64,000 nucleotides of DNA from Gammaproteobacteria bacterium (GCA_028821145.1 JAPPHC010000026.1:5869-69868), one strand, 5' to 3'; positions 36,351 to 45,771 are shown, counted from the stretch's first letter. Translations and numbers: made by a program. Notes: generated by a model not told the origin, from the letters alone.

Positions 36351-36827
36351 TCAGTCCGGCTGGCCGTCGGCGCAGGTGCCGCACAATCCCTTGACCTCCA
36401 CGACCGCGTTGTCCGGCCGGAATCCGTGCTCGTCCGCGATCCGGGACAGCAACGCCTCAAGTCCGCTCGACTCCACCTCGTCCACGTGGCCACACGAGGA
36501 ACAAAGCAGAAACTGGCTCTCGTGGGCATGGTCGGGATGGTCGCACGGCAAGTAGGTCTGGGCGGATTGCAGCCGGTGGACGAGACCGGTCCGGATCAGG
36601 AAGTCCAGGTGACGGTAGACGGTCAGAGGCGCGATCTTGCGTTCCTGGCGCTGCTCCAGCAGTCCGATGAGTTCATAGGCTGAAACCGGCCGGCCGCGGG
36701 CCAGCATTTCCGCATAGACCGCCAGTCGGGCCGGGGTCAGCCGCTCGCCCTTCTCCGCGCAGCGTCCTTCGGCGAGCTTTCGCCATTTCGCCGCGAGCGG
36801 CGCCGCTGTCGCCGGCTGTCTAGCCAT
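36351..36827 (-). CDS. zur: Fur-family zinc uptake regulator
   Basis: wHTH region ...PVSAYELIGLLEQRQERKIAPLTVYRHLDFLIRTGLVHRL. Metal sites are HPDHAHESQFLLCSSCGH and CGTC. It overlaps the merC-like stop by 8 nt, and a Zur box lies upstream of the operon. Confidence 0.8.
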   Translation of the reverse strand: MARQPATAAPLAAKWRKLAEGRCAEKGERLTPARLAVYAEMLARGRPVSAYELIGLLEQRQERKIAPLTVYRHLDFLIRTGLVHRLQSAQTYLPCDHPDHAHESQFLLCSSCGHVDEVESSGLEALLSRIADEHGFRPDNAVVEVKGLCGTCADGQPD

Positions 36828-37218
36828 TGCCGCATTGTCGCACACAGTTCCAAAGATGGGCCAAACCCAGGAGCGAACCGCCGGCGATGGTAATCGGTTC
36901 CTCGTACGACGACACCGCCTCCACGAACGCGGCCAGCAGCAGCAACCCGAGGCCAACCACTGCCCCACCCACGAACAGCCTGTTGCCGGCCGCCGGCAGT
37001 GTCTTCCAGATCACCCGGAGGCTCACGGGAACAGCGGCGACGACCAGTAGCCGGTGCACAAGCTCGCTCTCCGCAGCCTGGGCGGCCAGTGGCATCAGCG
37101 CTGCGAGCACAGGCAGGGCCACACAGTGAAGGACGCACAGCGTCGATAGCCCAACCGCGCACAGATCCATGCGTGCTGACGGACCCCATTGGACGCTTTT
37201 GATGTCAAACGAAATCAT
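36820..37218 (-). CDS. MerC-domain membrane protein
   Basis: Four-TM protein with LCVLHCVALPVL in TM1, as in MerC-family proteins. It is the first gene of the merC-like-zur operon. Confidence 0.68.
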   Translation of the reverse strand: MISFDIKSVQWGPSARMDLCAVGLSTLCVLHCVALPVLAALMPLAAQAAESELVHRLLVVAAVPVSLRVIWKTLPAAGNRLFVGGAVVGLGLLLLAAFVEAVSSYEEPITIAGGSLLGLAHLWNCVRQCGNG

Positions 37219-37239
37219 GGGACGTATTCTGCCACATCC

Positions 37240-37262
37240 GATATGTTATATTGTATCAATTC
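37240..37262. promoter_or_regulatory. Zur box in the divergent merC-like/zur and TBDR promoter region
   Basis: GATATGTTATATTGTATCAATTC matches GAAATGTTATANTATAACATTTC at 18 of 22 defined positions. It lies 22 nt from the merC-like ATG and 70 nt from the TBDR ATG. Confidence 0.6.
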
Positions 37263-37331
37263 TTGACTGCGACCGGCCTTGGCGCCGCGCGTCCCCTGCA
37301 GCTTACCTGTTCGTCTATTTGGAGAAGGGCA

Positions 37332-39536
37332 ATGAATCGCAAACTACTGTCTTTGCTGGCGGCAGCACCGTTCCTGGCGACAGCCGCACTCGCACAAGAA
37401 GCGCCCGCAGCCGATGAATCGGGGGCCATCGAGGAGATCATCGTCCTGGCCCACCCGCTATCGCGCGAAGGTCTCGCGCAGGCAGCCGACGTAATGGAAG
37501 CCGACGAGCTCGAGCGCAAGGCGGTGGACAACATCGGCGCGACCGTGGGCAACGAGCCGGGCATCCACAACAGTTCCTACGGCGTGGGCGCCGGGCGACC
37601 CGTCATCCACGGCATGGGCGGCGCGCGCGTGCGTGTCATGGAGGATCGCATCGACACGCTCGACGTTTCCGTCAGCAGCGGCGACCACGCGGTGACGGTC
37701 GACCCCTTCGTCGCCGAGCGCGTAGAAGTCCTTAAGGGCTCGTCCACCCTGCTCTACGGTTCCGGCGCCATCGGCGGCGTGGTCGATGTCCAGACGGGCC
37801 GCATTCCGCAGGAAGTGCCGGAGCGCATCCGCGGCGCCCTCGACCTGCGCGGCTCCGACAACGGCAGCGGCAGGAACGGTTCCTTCCGGCTTGACGGCGG
37901 CGCCGGCAACATCGCGTGGCACCTCGACGCCTTCTCCCGTGAGTCGGACGACTACGACATCCCCGGATTCGCCGAGTCCGCGGCCCTGCGCGCACAGGAG
38001 GAAGAGGAGCACCACCACGAAGAGGAAGGGCACCACGAAGAGGAACATGAACACGAACACGAGGACGAGGACGAACACCACGACGAAGACGAGCACCATG
38101 AAGAGGAAGAAGCCTACGGGCTTCTGCCGGGCAGCGGTCTTGAGGTCCAGGGCGGTTCCGTCGGCTTGTCCTTTGTCGGCGACCGCGGCTTCGTCGGCCT
38201 TGCCGTAAGCAATCTCGATTCCGAGTACGGCATCCCCGGCCACAGCCATGCCCACGACCACGGGCACGACGAACACGACCACGAAGAGATGGGCCACCAC
38301 GAGGACGAGGACCACCACGAGGACGAGGAACATCACGAAGACGAGGAACACCATGAAGGCGAGGCCACGCCCATCGTCGACCTCAAGCAGACGCGCATTG
38401 ACCTCAAGGCTGGCCTGGCCGACCCGTTCGGCGGCTTCGAGAGCCTCAACTTCCGGCTCGGCATGAACGATTACGAGCACGCGGAGAACGAGGCCGGCGA
38501 GGTGGGAACGATCTTCTCGAACCAGGCCTGGGAAGCGCGCGCGGAGCTGACGCACGGTCCGACCGGCGGCTGGCGCGGCGCCCTCGGCATCCAGCTCGGT
38601 AACCGCGAGTTCTCCGTGGTCGGCGAAGAAGCCTTCACGCCCCCCGTGGACACGTCGTCCGTAGGCCTGTTCTGGGTCGGCGAGCGCGCGCTCGGCAGAC
38701 TCGGGCTCGAGGCCGGCCTGCGCTACGACCGGGTCGAGCACGATCCCGCGAATGGCGGCGCCCGCGACTTCAGTGGCGGAAGCGCTTCGCTGGGCCTCAT
38801 TGTGCCGCTCGGCGAGGGCTGGGAAGGCACGTTGCTGGCCGACTACTCGTCCCGTGCTCCGGTGGGCGAGGAACTCTTCTCGGAAAGTCCGCACCCCGGC
38901 ACGGGCTTCTTCGAGATCGGGGATCCCGGACTCGACCACGAACAGGCCCGCAACCTGGCGGCCACCCTCTCCGGCGGTGGCAACCGCTGGTCCGTGCGCG
39001 GCACCTTCTACTACACGGACTTCGTGGACTTCATCTACCAGGCCGCCACGAATGAGGAGCGGGAAGGATTCGACGTGCGCCGGTACGCGCAGGCCGACGC
39101 GACCTTCGCCGGCTTCGAGGTGGAAGGCCGGCTGACCGTGGCGGAGTGGGGCGCCGGCCGTCTCGATGTGGGCGTCTTCTACGACATGGTCACGCCGGAA
39201 CTCGACATTTCCGGCAACGACAACCTGCCGCTCATACCGCCCGACCGGGTCGGCCTGTCCCTCGAGTTCACGAGCGACCGCCTGCGGGCCAACGTGGACT
39301 ACGTGCGGGCGTCCGATCAGGACGATGTCGCCGAGTTCGAGTTGCCGACGGACGGCTACAACGACCTGCGCGCGCGCGTTTCCTGGCGTTTCCGGCCGGC
39401 CGACACGACGGTCGACCTGTACCTTGCCGGGCGCAACCTCACCGACGACGAGCAGCGGCTGCACACGTCCGTCGTCAAGGACCTGGCGCCGCAGCCGGGA
39501 CGCACGATCGAAGCCGGACTGCGCATGCTCTTCTAG
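37332..39536 (+). CDS. TonB-dependent receptor with two His/Glu/Asp-rich inserts (ZnuD-like, probable zinc-scavenging receptor)
   Basis: Shine-Dalgarno GGAGAAGGG. Signal peptide MNRKLLSLLAAAPFLATAALAQE. Plug motif RVEVLKGSSTLLYGSGAIGGVVDV. C-terminus ...AGLRMLF. A Zur box lies upstream. Confidence 0.9.
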   Translation: MNRKLLSLLAAAPFLATAALAQEAPAADESGAIEEIIVLAHPLSREGLAQAADVMEADELERKAVDNIGATVGNEPGIHNSSYGVGAGRPVIHGMGGARVRVMEDRIDTLDVSVSSGDHAVTVDPFVAERVEVLKGSSTLLYGSGAIGGVVDVQTGRIPQEVPERIRGALDLRGSDNGSGRNGSFRLDGGAGNIAWHLDAFSRESDDYDIPGFAESAALRAQEEEEHHHEEEGHHEEEHEHEHEDEDEHHDEDEHHEEEEAYGLLPGSGLEVQGGSVGLSFVGDRGFVGLAVSNLDSEYGIPGHSHAHDHGHDEHDHEEMGHHEDEDHHEDEEHHEDEEHHEGEATPIVDLKQTRIDLKAGLADPFGGFESLNFRLGMNDYEHAENEAGEVGTIFSNQAWEARAELTHGPTGGWRGALGIQLGNREFSVVGEEAFTPPVDTSSVGLFWVGERALGRLGLEAGLRYDRVEHDPANGGARDFSGGSASLGLIVPLGEGWEGTLLADYSSRAPVGEELFSESPHPGTGFFEIGDPGLDHEQARNLAATLSGGGNRWSVRGTFYYTDFVDFIYQAATNEEREGFDVRRYAQADATFAGFEVEGRLTVAEWGAGRLDVGVFYDMVTPELDISGNDNLPLIPPDRVGLSLEFTSDRLRANVDYVRASDQDDVAEFELPTDGYNDLRARVSWRFRPADTTVDLYLAGRNLTDDEQRLHTSVVKDLAPQPGRTIEAGLRMLF
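37998..38111 (+). repeat. Coding low-complexity tract 1 (38 codons, E/H/D with a single G)
   Basis: Translates to EEEEHHHEEEGHHEEEHEHEHEDEDEHHDEDEHHEEEE. Built from reiterated GAG/GAA/CAC/GAC codons. Confidence 0.9.
38241..38363 (+). repeat. Coding low-complexity tract 2 (41 codons, H/E/D-rich)
   Basis: Translates to HSHAHDHGHDEHDHEEMGHHEDEDHHEDEEHHEDEEHHEGE. The unit CACGAGGACGAGGA(A/C)CA(C/T)CA is near-tandem. Confidence 0.9.
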
Positions 39537-39610
39537 CGGTCGACGTATACTCGGCATCGTGCTTGAACGGTGCCGGGAGGGCCTCCCGACACCAGGCTGT
39601 GGGGGGTAAG

Positions 39611-41929
39611 TTGACGACAAACCGGTTCTTCGTCGTAGCGGGCCTGGTCGTGCTGGCGTTGCCGCGGGTTGTGATGGGACAGGGAGCGGATCAACCCGTC
39701 ATCGAAGAGATCCTCGTTACGGCGACCAAGCGCGAGGCGTCGATCCAGGACGTTCCCATTGCCGTATCCGCATACACCGGAGAAGAGCTTGCCGGCAGGG
39801 GCGTGACGGACCTTTACGGGCTGCAGGAGGTGTCGCCTTCCGTCGCGGTCTATAACTCGAACAGCACTTCCAATGGGGGCACGCTGCGCATTCGAGGCGT
39901 GGGCACAACGGGGAACAACCCCGGCCTGGAAGCCGCGGTAGGCACGTTCATTGACGGCATCTATCGCTCGCGCGCGGGGCTCGCCTTCGACGACCTCGTG
40001 GATATCGACCGCGTGGAGGTCCTGCGCGGACCGCAGGGCACGCTGTTCGGAAAGAACACGATCGCCGGCGCGGTGAACATCATCACGCGCAAGCCGGAAT
40101 TCGAGAACAGCGCCGATGTCACGCTGGGGCTCGGGAACCTGGATTCCCGGGAGGCGGCCTTCGTCGGCAACGCCGTGCTGGCGGACGAGGTCCTGGCCGG
40201 ACGCCTGAGCCTTGCCTACCGCGAACGCGACGGCGGTTATCGCGACATCGATTCCGACGATACCTACGACCATCGCAACCGCCGCTACGTGAGGGGCCAG
40301 TTCCTGTGGACCCCGAACGACGCGTTGGAAATACGCGTCATCGGCGACTACACCCGCAAGGACGAATCGTGCTGTCCGGCGTCGTTCTGGATACCGGGCC
40401 CCACCAGCGCGATCATCGCCGCGCTCGGCGGAGACATCACTCCGTTCGCACCTGAGGGGGACGCCCGTGTGGGCGTCAACTACCCGCCCTTCGAGGACGT
40501 AAGAAACCGGGGACTATCGCTGGACGTGACATGGCAACCCGCAGACGGCATGACCTTCCGGTCGATCACGGCCTACCTGGATTTTCAAATCTCGCGAGGC
40601 CAGGACATCGACTTCACGAACGCCGACATCCTGCATCCCCAGGACACCGAAGAGGAGTTCGAGAACTGGTCCCAGGAGTTTCAGCTGTACGGGGAAACGG
40701 ACGCCTTTTCCTGGCTGGCAGGCGCCTATATCTACACGGAGGACATGGAGTCCACCGAGCAGATCGTCCTGTCCCATCAAGGCGGCGCCTACGTGGGTGC
40801 GCTGTTCGGCAACCCGGCCATCGCGCCGCTGTTCATGGGCGACCCGGCGGGCCGGGGCGTTCCCGGGCAGGGCTTCGACGCACTGTATTTCTCCGAGGCG
40901 GAGGGGTGGTCGCTGTTCACGCACAATACCTGGCACGCGAGCGAGGCGCTGGACCTGACCCTGGGCCTGCGTTACTCGACCGAAGAAAAGGACGCCGGCG
41001 CCATCGTCAACGGCGCCCCCTTCGGGGAGTTCGTCAACGACCCCTTCTGCACGGCGTTCGGGAGCATTTCGACGTTCTTTTCGCTCTGCGACAACCTGAG
41101 CTACAACAACCAGGCGGACGAGAGCAAGGTCACCGGCACGCTGAAGGCGTCCCGGCGGTTCGGCGACCACGTCAACGGCTATGCCGGTTTCAGCCGGGGC
41201 TACAAGGCCGGGGGCTTCAATCTCAACCAGGAAGCCGTGGGATTCCGTGATGCGAACGGCAACTTCGTCGACCAGAGCCGTTTCGGACCGGAAACCTCGG
41301 ACTCCTGGGAACTGGGCATGAAAGCACGGTTGATTGACGGCAGGCTGACCGTCAACGGCGCCCTGTTCCACACCACTTTCGAGGGTTTTCAGCTCAATAC
41401 CTATACGGGACTCGGCTTTACCGTCGGCAACGTCCGGGACGTGATAACCAAAGGGCTGGAAGTCGAGTCCTCGCTCGCGCTCGGCGGCGGGTTGCTCCTT
41501 ACTGCAGGCGCCACTTATGCTGACGCGCGTTACGGCGACGACCTGGTCGCCGCCAATGGCCACCTTGAAGGCAAGCGGCTGACGCAATCGCCGCTGTGGC
41601 AGGGCAGCGCGTCGCTCTTCGTTGACCGGGAGATACCCGGGACCAACTGGCGCTGGTGGTCCAATCTGAACTGGTCGCACGTCGGCCAGGTCAACACCGG
41701 GTCCGATCTCGACCCGGAGAAGGTGCGCGGCGCATTCAATCTGTACAACGCCAACGTTGGAGTCGGGACGACCGACGGCAGTTACGAATTGACGCTCTGG
41801 GGCAGAAACCTGGCCGACAAGCGGACGAACAGTCTGGTGTTCGACTCCGTGTTTCAGCCCGGGAGTTGGCACACCTGGGTGAACCCGCCGCGTGCGTTCG
41901 GATTGACGCTGAAGGCCCAGCTACGCTAG
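39611..41929 (+). CDS. TonB-dependent receptor
   Basis: Signal sequence, then EEILVTATKREASIQDVPIAVSAYTGEEL and RVEVLRGPQGTLFGKNTIAGAVNIITR. The start is a TTG at 39611 (GGGGGGTAAG upstream) or a GTG at 39599. The long upstream part of the track ORF overlaps the preceding TBDR and is rejected. Confidence 0.85.
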   Translation: MTTNRFFVVAGLVVLALPRVVMGQGADQPVIEEILVTATKREASIQDVPIAVSAYTGEELAGRGVTDLYGLQEVSPSVAVYNSNSTSNGGTLRIRGVGTTGNNPGLEAAVGTFIDGIYRSRAGLAFDDLVDIDRVEVLRGPQGTLFGKNTIAGAVNIITRKPEFENSADVTLGLGNLDSREAAFVGNAVLADEVLAGRLSLAYRERDGGYRDIDSDDTYDHRNRRYVRGQFLWTPNDALEIRVIGDYTRKDESCCPASFWIPGPTSAIIAALGGDITPFAPEGDARVGVNYPPFEDVRNRGLSLDVTWQPADGMTFRSITAYLDFQISRGQDIDFTNADILHPQDTEEEFENWSQEFQLYGETDAFSWLAGAYIYTEDMESTEQIVLSHQGGAYVGALFGNPAIAPLFMGDPAGRGVPGQGFDALYFSEAEGWSLFTHNTWHASEALDLTLGLRYSTEEKDAGAIVNGAPFGEFVNDPFCTAFGSISTFFSLCDNLSYNNQADESKVTGTLKASRRFGDHVNGYAGFSRGYKAGGFNLNQEAVGFRDANGNFVDQSRFGPETSDSWELGMKARLIDGRLTVNGALFHTTFEGFQLNTYTGLGFTVGNVRDVITKGLEVESSLALGGGLLLTAGATYADARYGDDLVAANGHLEGKRLTQSPLWQGSASLFVDREIPGTNWRWWSNLNWSHVGQVNTGSDLDPEKVRGAFNLYNANVGVGTTDGSYELTLWGRNLADKRTNSLVFDSVFQPGSWHTWVNPPRAFGLTLKAQLR

Positions 41930-41953
41930 GCCCCGACCTGCTCCTGACGCCAC

Positions 41954-42643
41954 CTAGTTGAAGAGAAACCGGACGCCGGCCTCAATGCCATGCGTCTGAA
42001 ATCCTCCGGTCAAGTTCTTGATTTCTATATCGTCGCTTCGCAGGTAGCGATAGCCGACGAAGGCCTGAATATTCTTGCTGGCTCTTATCTGTGCGCCGAC
42101 CAGAAACTGGTAGGCCAGTACCGAGTCGTCGCCGGTATCGTCGCCTTCAATATCGAGTGGAGCGAAGCGATGAATCAGCGTGCCCTCATGCTTTACGAGA
42201 CCGACGCCAACACCGACAAAAGGTCGCACGGGACCTGACGAAAAGGGTTTGCGGAGATTCACCATCAGCGTCTCCGTGTCCCAATTGCCCGTGCCGCTGA
42301 ATCCCGGCGGTACGGGTTGGCCGTTAACTCGTACTCCGCGCAGCGCGGTTATGTCAAAGGCGCGCCAGGTTGCCTCTACCTCGACCTGCAAATCCCAGGC
42401 CACGGTGCGCCCAACGGCAATACCGAACCCCGCCTCGTCCGACAGCACGATATCGCCTGCGAGCGTACCGAAGTTTCCGGCCGGAGTACTAGCCGAAGAC
42501 GCGTCGGGCATATCGCGAATTCCAACTATCGAACCGTACCACCGGCTGCTGTTCTCCTGAGCTGCTGCCTGGGAGGCCATCAGGACAGCCCCGATCAGGG
42601 CAATGCCCCAGCCACGATGATTTATGCAATTCCCCATTTTCAT
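41954..42643 (-). CDS. Outer-membrane beta-barrel protein (OmpA-like N-terminal / porin-family barrel)
   Basis: Signal peptide ending AAAQ. Alternating beta-strand pattern with Gly/aromatic girdles (VGVGVGL, AYQFLVGAQI, AFVGYRYL, EAGVRFLF). Confidence 0.68.
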   Translation of the reverse strand: MKMGNCINHRGWGIALIGAVLMASQAAAQENSSRWYGSIVGIRDMPDASSASTPAGNFGTLAGDIVLSDEAGFGIAVGRTVAWDLQVEVEATWRAFDITALRGVRVNGQPVPPGFSGTGNWDTETLMVNLRKPFSSGPVRPFVGVGVGLVKHEGTLIHRFAPLDIEGDDTGDDSVLAYQFLVGAQIRASKNIQAFVGYRYLRSDDIEIKNLTGGFQTHGIEAGVRFLFN

Positions 42644-42667
42644 GATCCCCCTTTCAAGATGCCTTGG

Positions 42668-43810
42668 CTAGCGGACGGCCCCGGCCAGTGAGAGAACCAG
42701 CCGCACGAGGTCCGACTGGCGGCTGAGTCCATGCTTGGCGTAGATTTGCTTGATGTGATAGCGGATGGTGCTTTCCTTGCGTTCCATAGCGGTGGCGATC
42801 TTGCGCACGGTGACTCCCTGAGCCAGCATGACCGCCACGCGGCTCTCCGTCGGGGTGAGTCCCAGAACGGCCGCAGCCAGGTCCGGATCGACTGCGGTTC
42901 CGCGTGCCGGTTCGGCGAGCAGCACGAGCGCCGCCACCGGCCATCCCCGAAACCACGCGTCCCCTCCCGGCAATGGATTTACATGCAGCACAAGCGGAGG
43001 CCGCAACACCGAACGCCGGATCGTCAGCGAGCCGCCCTCTCCCGGATCGCCGAATGGCGGAAGGGCGCGCGCGAGCACCGCCTGAAGCGCCTCGTCGTCC
43101 GCCTGGACGCGCGCGAAAAGAAAACGGTTTTCGTCGTACAGGCGGTCGCCGGCGTTCAGCAGGGACCGGGCCCGGTCGTTGGCCGCCACGATCCGCCCGC
43201 GCACGTCGAGCTGGATGATGCCCACGCCGGTAACGTCGAGCAGCTGCATCAACGTGGCGCCCAGGGCGCCGGCGCAGGCCAATGTTTGCCCAATGCGCAC
43301 GGTCTGGCGGACATGCGGATGCAGCCGCCTAACCCGTTCGAGCCGCTCGGACGACCAACCGTCCCGGTCCACCGGGTCGTTGATTTGCCAAAGGACGCGC
43401 GAAGCGCCCGGCCCCTTCAGGCGAACGTTGATCGCGTTCCCCGCATAGGCGTGGGTCCGCAGGATGTGGTATCCCAGGGAGGTCTTCAGCTCGTCCTCGG
43501 TATAAACCTCGGTGATGTGAATCGTCCGGTCAAACGGGAAGGGCCGATAGCGCGATATCGATTGGTCTGCCGGAAAACCGGTCTCCAGCCACAGGCGCTC
43601 CAGATCCGAGCGCCGTTCCCCGTGAAGGCAGATCCGCAGGAAGTAGAACTGATAGTCCTGTTCCGATTCCCCCTCGCCGCACGCCAGGGAGCTGCCGTGC
43701 ACGCCCAGGGACTCTTCGATCAGCGCGGCGGCGCGGGTCCATTGGGCCGGCTCGAACGCGGCCTCGTGCAATGCGGCAAGTATCCGCCCGAACGCGCCTC
43801 GTTCGCTCAT
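42668..43810 (-). CDS. LuxR/GerE-family transcriptional regulator with a large uncharacterised N-terminal domain
   Basis: C-terminal HTH LTPTESRVAVMLAQGVTVRKIATAMERKESTIRYHIKQIYAKHG. Confidence 0.8.
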   Translation of the reverse strand: MSERGAFGRILAALHEAAFEPAQWTRAAALIEESLGVHGSSLACGEGESEQDYQFYFLRICLHGERRSDLERLWLETGFPADQSISRYRPFPFDRTIHITEVYTEDELKTSLGYHILRTHAYAGNAINVRLKGPGASRVLWQINDPVDRDGWSSERLERVRRLHPHVRQTVRIGQTLACAGALGATLMQLLDVTGVGIIQLDVRGRIVAANDRARSLLNAGDRLYDENRFLFARVQADDEALQAVLARALPPFGDPGEGGSLTIRRSVLRPPLVLHVNPLPGGDAWFRGWPVAALVLLAEPARGTAVDPDLAAAVLGLTPTESRVAVMLAQGVTVRKIATAMERKESTIRYHIKQIYAKHGLSRQSDLVRLVLSLAGAVR

Positions 43811-43911
43811 GGGCGCGCCTTCACTTGCCGACGCCCAAACCTGAAGTACACCGTACGAGCAATCCGTATTAACCCCGACATCCGATAGTAATTCGGCTAC
43901 GCGGTGAGGAA

Positions 43912-43931
43912 TATCCCCAACATTGGGGATA
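43912..43931. promoter_or_regulatory. 8-bp perfect palindrome (TATCCCCA-ACAT-TGGGGATA) in the luxR-type/nhaC-type intergenic region
   Basis: Read directly from the sequence. It lies 93 nt upstream of the NhaC-family ATG. The function is unknown. Confidence 0.2.
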
Positions 43932-44023
43932 AACGGTTTTCGTCGCCTATGGCGGCGCCCGTTAACGAGTAATTGCGGCTAGTATTCGCTCTGCCGCGCG
44001 CCGGTTCGCGTCGGGGGGAGAAC

Positions 44024-45760
44024 ATGCCTGTCGGATACCGAAAATTTCTGTTGTTCGCACTGGCCCTGGTCGGGTCCTGGATCGCGGGCCTGACCGTGCC
44101 GCCCACCTGGATGGTGGAGCGGGTCGCTCTCGATGCCCAGGCGGACGAATCCGGTCAGCTCTTCTACCAGGTGCAGGGCGAGTCCGTTCCCTTCAATCCC
44201 GTTTCGATGGCGCAGGCGCAGCTCAACCCCGAGCGTGTTACGGGCTCCAAGGTGGAGCCGCCGATACGGGAGGAATACGTGTCCGTGGAGGAATCGGTCG
44301 ACGGCGAAACCCGCACCGTCTACTACCGGCTCAATGCCGTCTTCCACTTCGGCTGGATATCGCTACTTCCGGCGTTGGTGGCGGTCCTGCTCTGCTGGGT
44401 GACCCGAGAACCCATCACCGCGCTGCTGGGCGGCGTGGTCTCCGGCGCGCTCATCCTGGGCCGCTACGATCTGACCGGCGAGGTGCTGATCCCGTCGTTC
44501 GCCACGACCAATTCAGCCAGTATTCTGGTGCTCTACCTGTGGCTGCTCGGGGGGCTGATGGGCGTTTGGTCGCGCACCGGCGCGGCCCAGGCCTTCGCCG
44601 AATTCGTCACGGCGCGGTTCGTGCGCGGGCCGCGCTCCGCCAAGCTCGTGGCCTGGCTCCTGGGCGTGGTCTTCTTCCAGGGCGGCACCGTGAGCACGGT
44701 GCTGGTGGGCACCACGGTCAAGCCCATAGCGGACCAGGAACGCGTCAGCCACGAGGAGCTGGCCTACATCGTCGATTCCACGGCTTCGCCCATCGCCTCG
44801 CAACTCGCGTTCAACGCCTGGCCGGGTTACGTGCAGGCCTTCATCTTCGTTTCCGGCGTGAGCTTCCTGGCCACCGAGTCGGACCGCATCGCCTTCTTCT
44901 TCCAGAGCGTGCCGTTCTGTTTCTACGCGATCTTCGCGGTCCTGGGCACGTTTCTGCTCAGCGTCGAAAAGCCCCTGTTCCTGGGCAAGCAGCTCAAGGA
45001 AGCCATGGTGCGGTCTCGCGAAACCGGCGCGCTCGACGCGCCGGATGCGGCGCCGCTGGCCGCCAAGGAGTTGCAGGGCAGCAACGTGCCGGAGGGCTAC
45101 AAGCCGCACATCCTGGAGTTCTTCCTGCCGCTGGGGACGCTGATCGCGCTGGCGGTGGGAACGTTCATCGCTTTCGGATCGCCCAACGTGCACTGGGCAT
45201 TCGGCGCCGCGCTCCTGCTGGCCGCGGGGATGGCGCTGGCCAAGGGCATGTCGCTCAAGGACCTGATGACCGGTTTTCAGGACGGCATCAAGGGCGTGCT
45301 GATCGGCTCGGTGATCCTGCTGCTGGCGATCACCATCGGCGGCATCAGCCGGGAAACCGGCGGCGGCCACTTTCTCGTCGAGCAACTCGGATCCGCCATT
45401 CCGTATTTCATACTGCCGGTGCTGCTGCAGTTGCTGACCATCGTGATCGCGTTCTCCACCGGCACGAGTTGGGGAACCTATGCGGTGGCGTTTCCGCTGG
45501 CCATGCCGCTGGCCTGGGCGGTGGCGACCGGCCAGGGGCTCGCCCATCCGGAACTGTTCATGACGCTGTGTTTCGCCGCGGTCATGGACGGCAGCGTGTA
45601 CGGCGACCAGTGTTCGCCCATATCGGATACGACAGTGCTCAGTTCCGTCTGTACGGGATGCGACCTGATGGATCACGTAAAGACGCAAATCCCGCAGGCA
45701 TCCATCGCCGCCGGCCTCGCCGCCATCTGCTGGACCGGCGTCGCCTTCCTGACCGCCTGA
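44024..45760 (+). CDS. NhaC-family Na+/H+ antiporter with an N-terminal extension of about 110 aa
   Basis: Multi-TM protein with NhaC-type segments ([57 protein letters not shown]). GGGGGGAG lies upstream of the ATG at 44024. Confidence 0.82.
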   Translation: MPVGYRKFLLFALALVGSWIAGLTVPPTWMVERVALDAQADESGQLFYQVQGESVPFNPVSMAQAQLNPERVTGSKVEPPIREEYVSVEESVDGETRTVYYRLNAVFHFGWISLLPALVAVLLCWVTREPITALLGGVVSGALILGRYDLTGEVLIPSFATTNSASILVLYLWLLGGLMGVWSRTGAAQAFAEFVTARFVRGPRSAKLVAWLLGVVFFQGGTVSTVLVGTTVKPIADQERVSHEELAYIVDSTASPIASQLAFNAWPGYVQAFIFVSGVSFLATESDRIAFFFQSVPFCFYAIFAVLGTFLLSVEKPLFLGKQLKEAMVRSRETGALDAPDAAPLAAKELQGSNVPEGYKPHILEFFLPLGTLIALAVGTFIAFGSPNVHWAFGAALLLAAGMALAKGMSLKDLMTGFQDGIKGVLIGSVILLLAITIGGISRETGGGHFLVEQLGSAIPYFILPVLLQLLTIVIAFSTGTSWGTYAVAFPLAMPLAWAVATGQGLAHPELFMTLCFAAVMDGSVYGDQCSPISDTTVLSSVCTGCDLMDHVKTQIPQASIAAGLAAICWTGVAFLTA

Positions 45761-45771
45761 GGCCCGTTACT

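Noticed and set aside
37998-38363. Short tandem DNA repeats that might be taken for a CRISPR array or VNTR
   Set aside because: They are in-frame codon reiterations encoding the H/E/D tracts of the receptor. There is no repeat-spacer organisation.
39574-39588. Palindrome CGGGAGG-G-CCTCCCG after the first Zur-region TBDR, considered as an intrinsic terminator
   Set aside because: The loop would be only 1 nt (effectively a 5-bp stem) and no T-tract follows, so it is not called.
39146-39610. 155-codon upstream extension of the second Zur-region TBDR ORF
   Set aside because: It overlaps the 3' end of the preceding receptor in another frame and encodes Arg/Pro-rich sequence. The signal peptide begins at the TTG at 39611 (or the GTG at 39599).
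37458-39620. 720-aa ORF antisense to the His-rich TonB receptor
   Set aside because: This is a typical high-GC shadow ORF. Its translation is low-complexity (V/F-rich mirror of the E/H codons, Arg/Ala-rich elsewhere), while the plus-strand frame has unmistakable TBDR motifs.
40514-41872. 452-aa antisense ORF. Similar long antisense ORFs occur at 7199-8314, 9697-11232, 28945-30225, 42731-43888, 44513-45688, 46051-47364, 49001-50389, 53665-55152 and 57868-58782.
   Set aside because: All lie opposite genes with strong family motifs and translate to Arg/Gly/Ala/Pro-rich sequences without recognisable domains. They are treated as GC-driven open frames.
43811-44023. Possible riboswitch (for example a Na+/Li+-type) upstream of the NhaC-family gene
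   Set aside because: I cannot recognise any known riboswitch consensus by eye. Only a simple palindrome is visible. An Rfam scan is needed.
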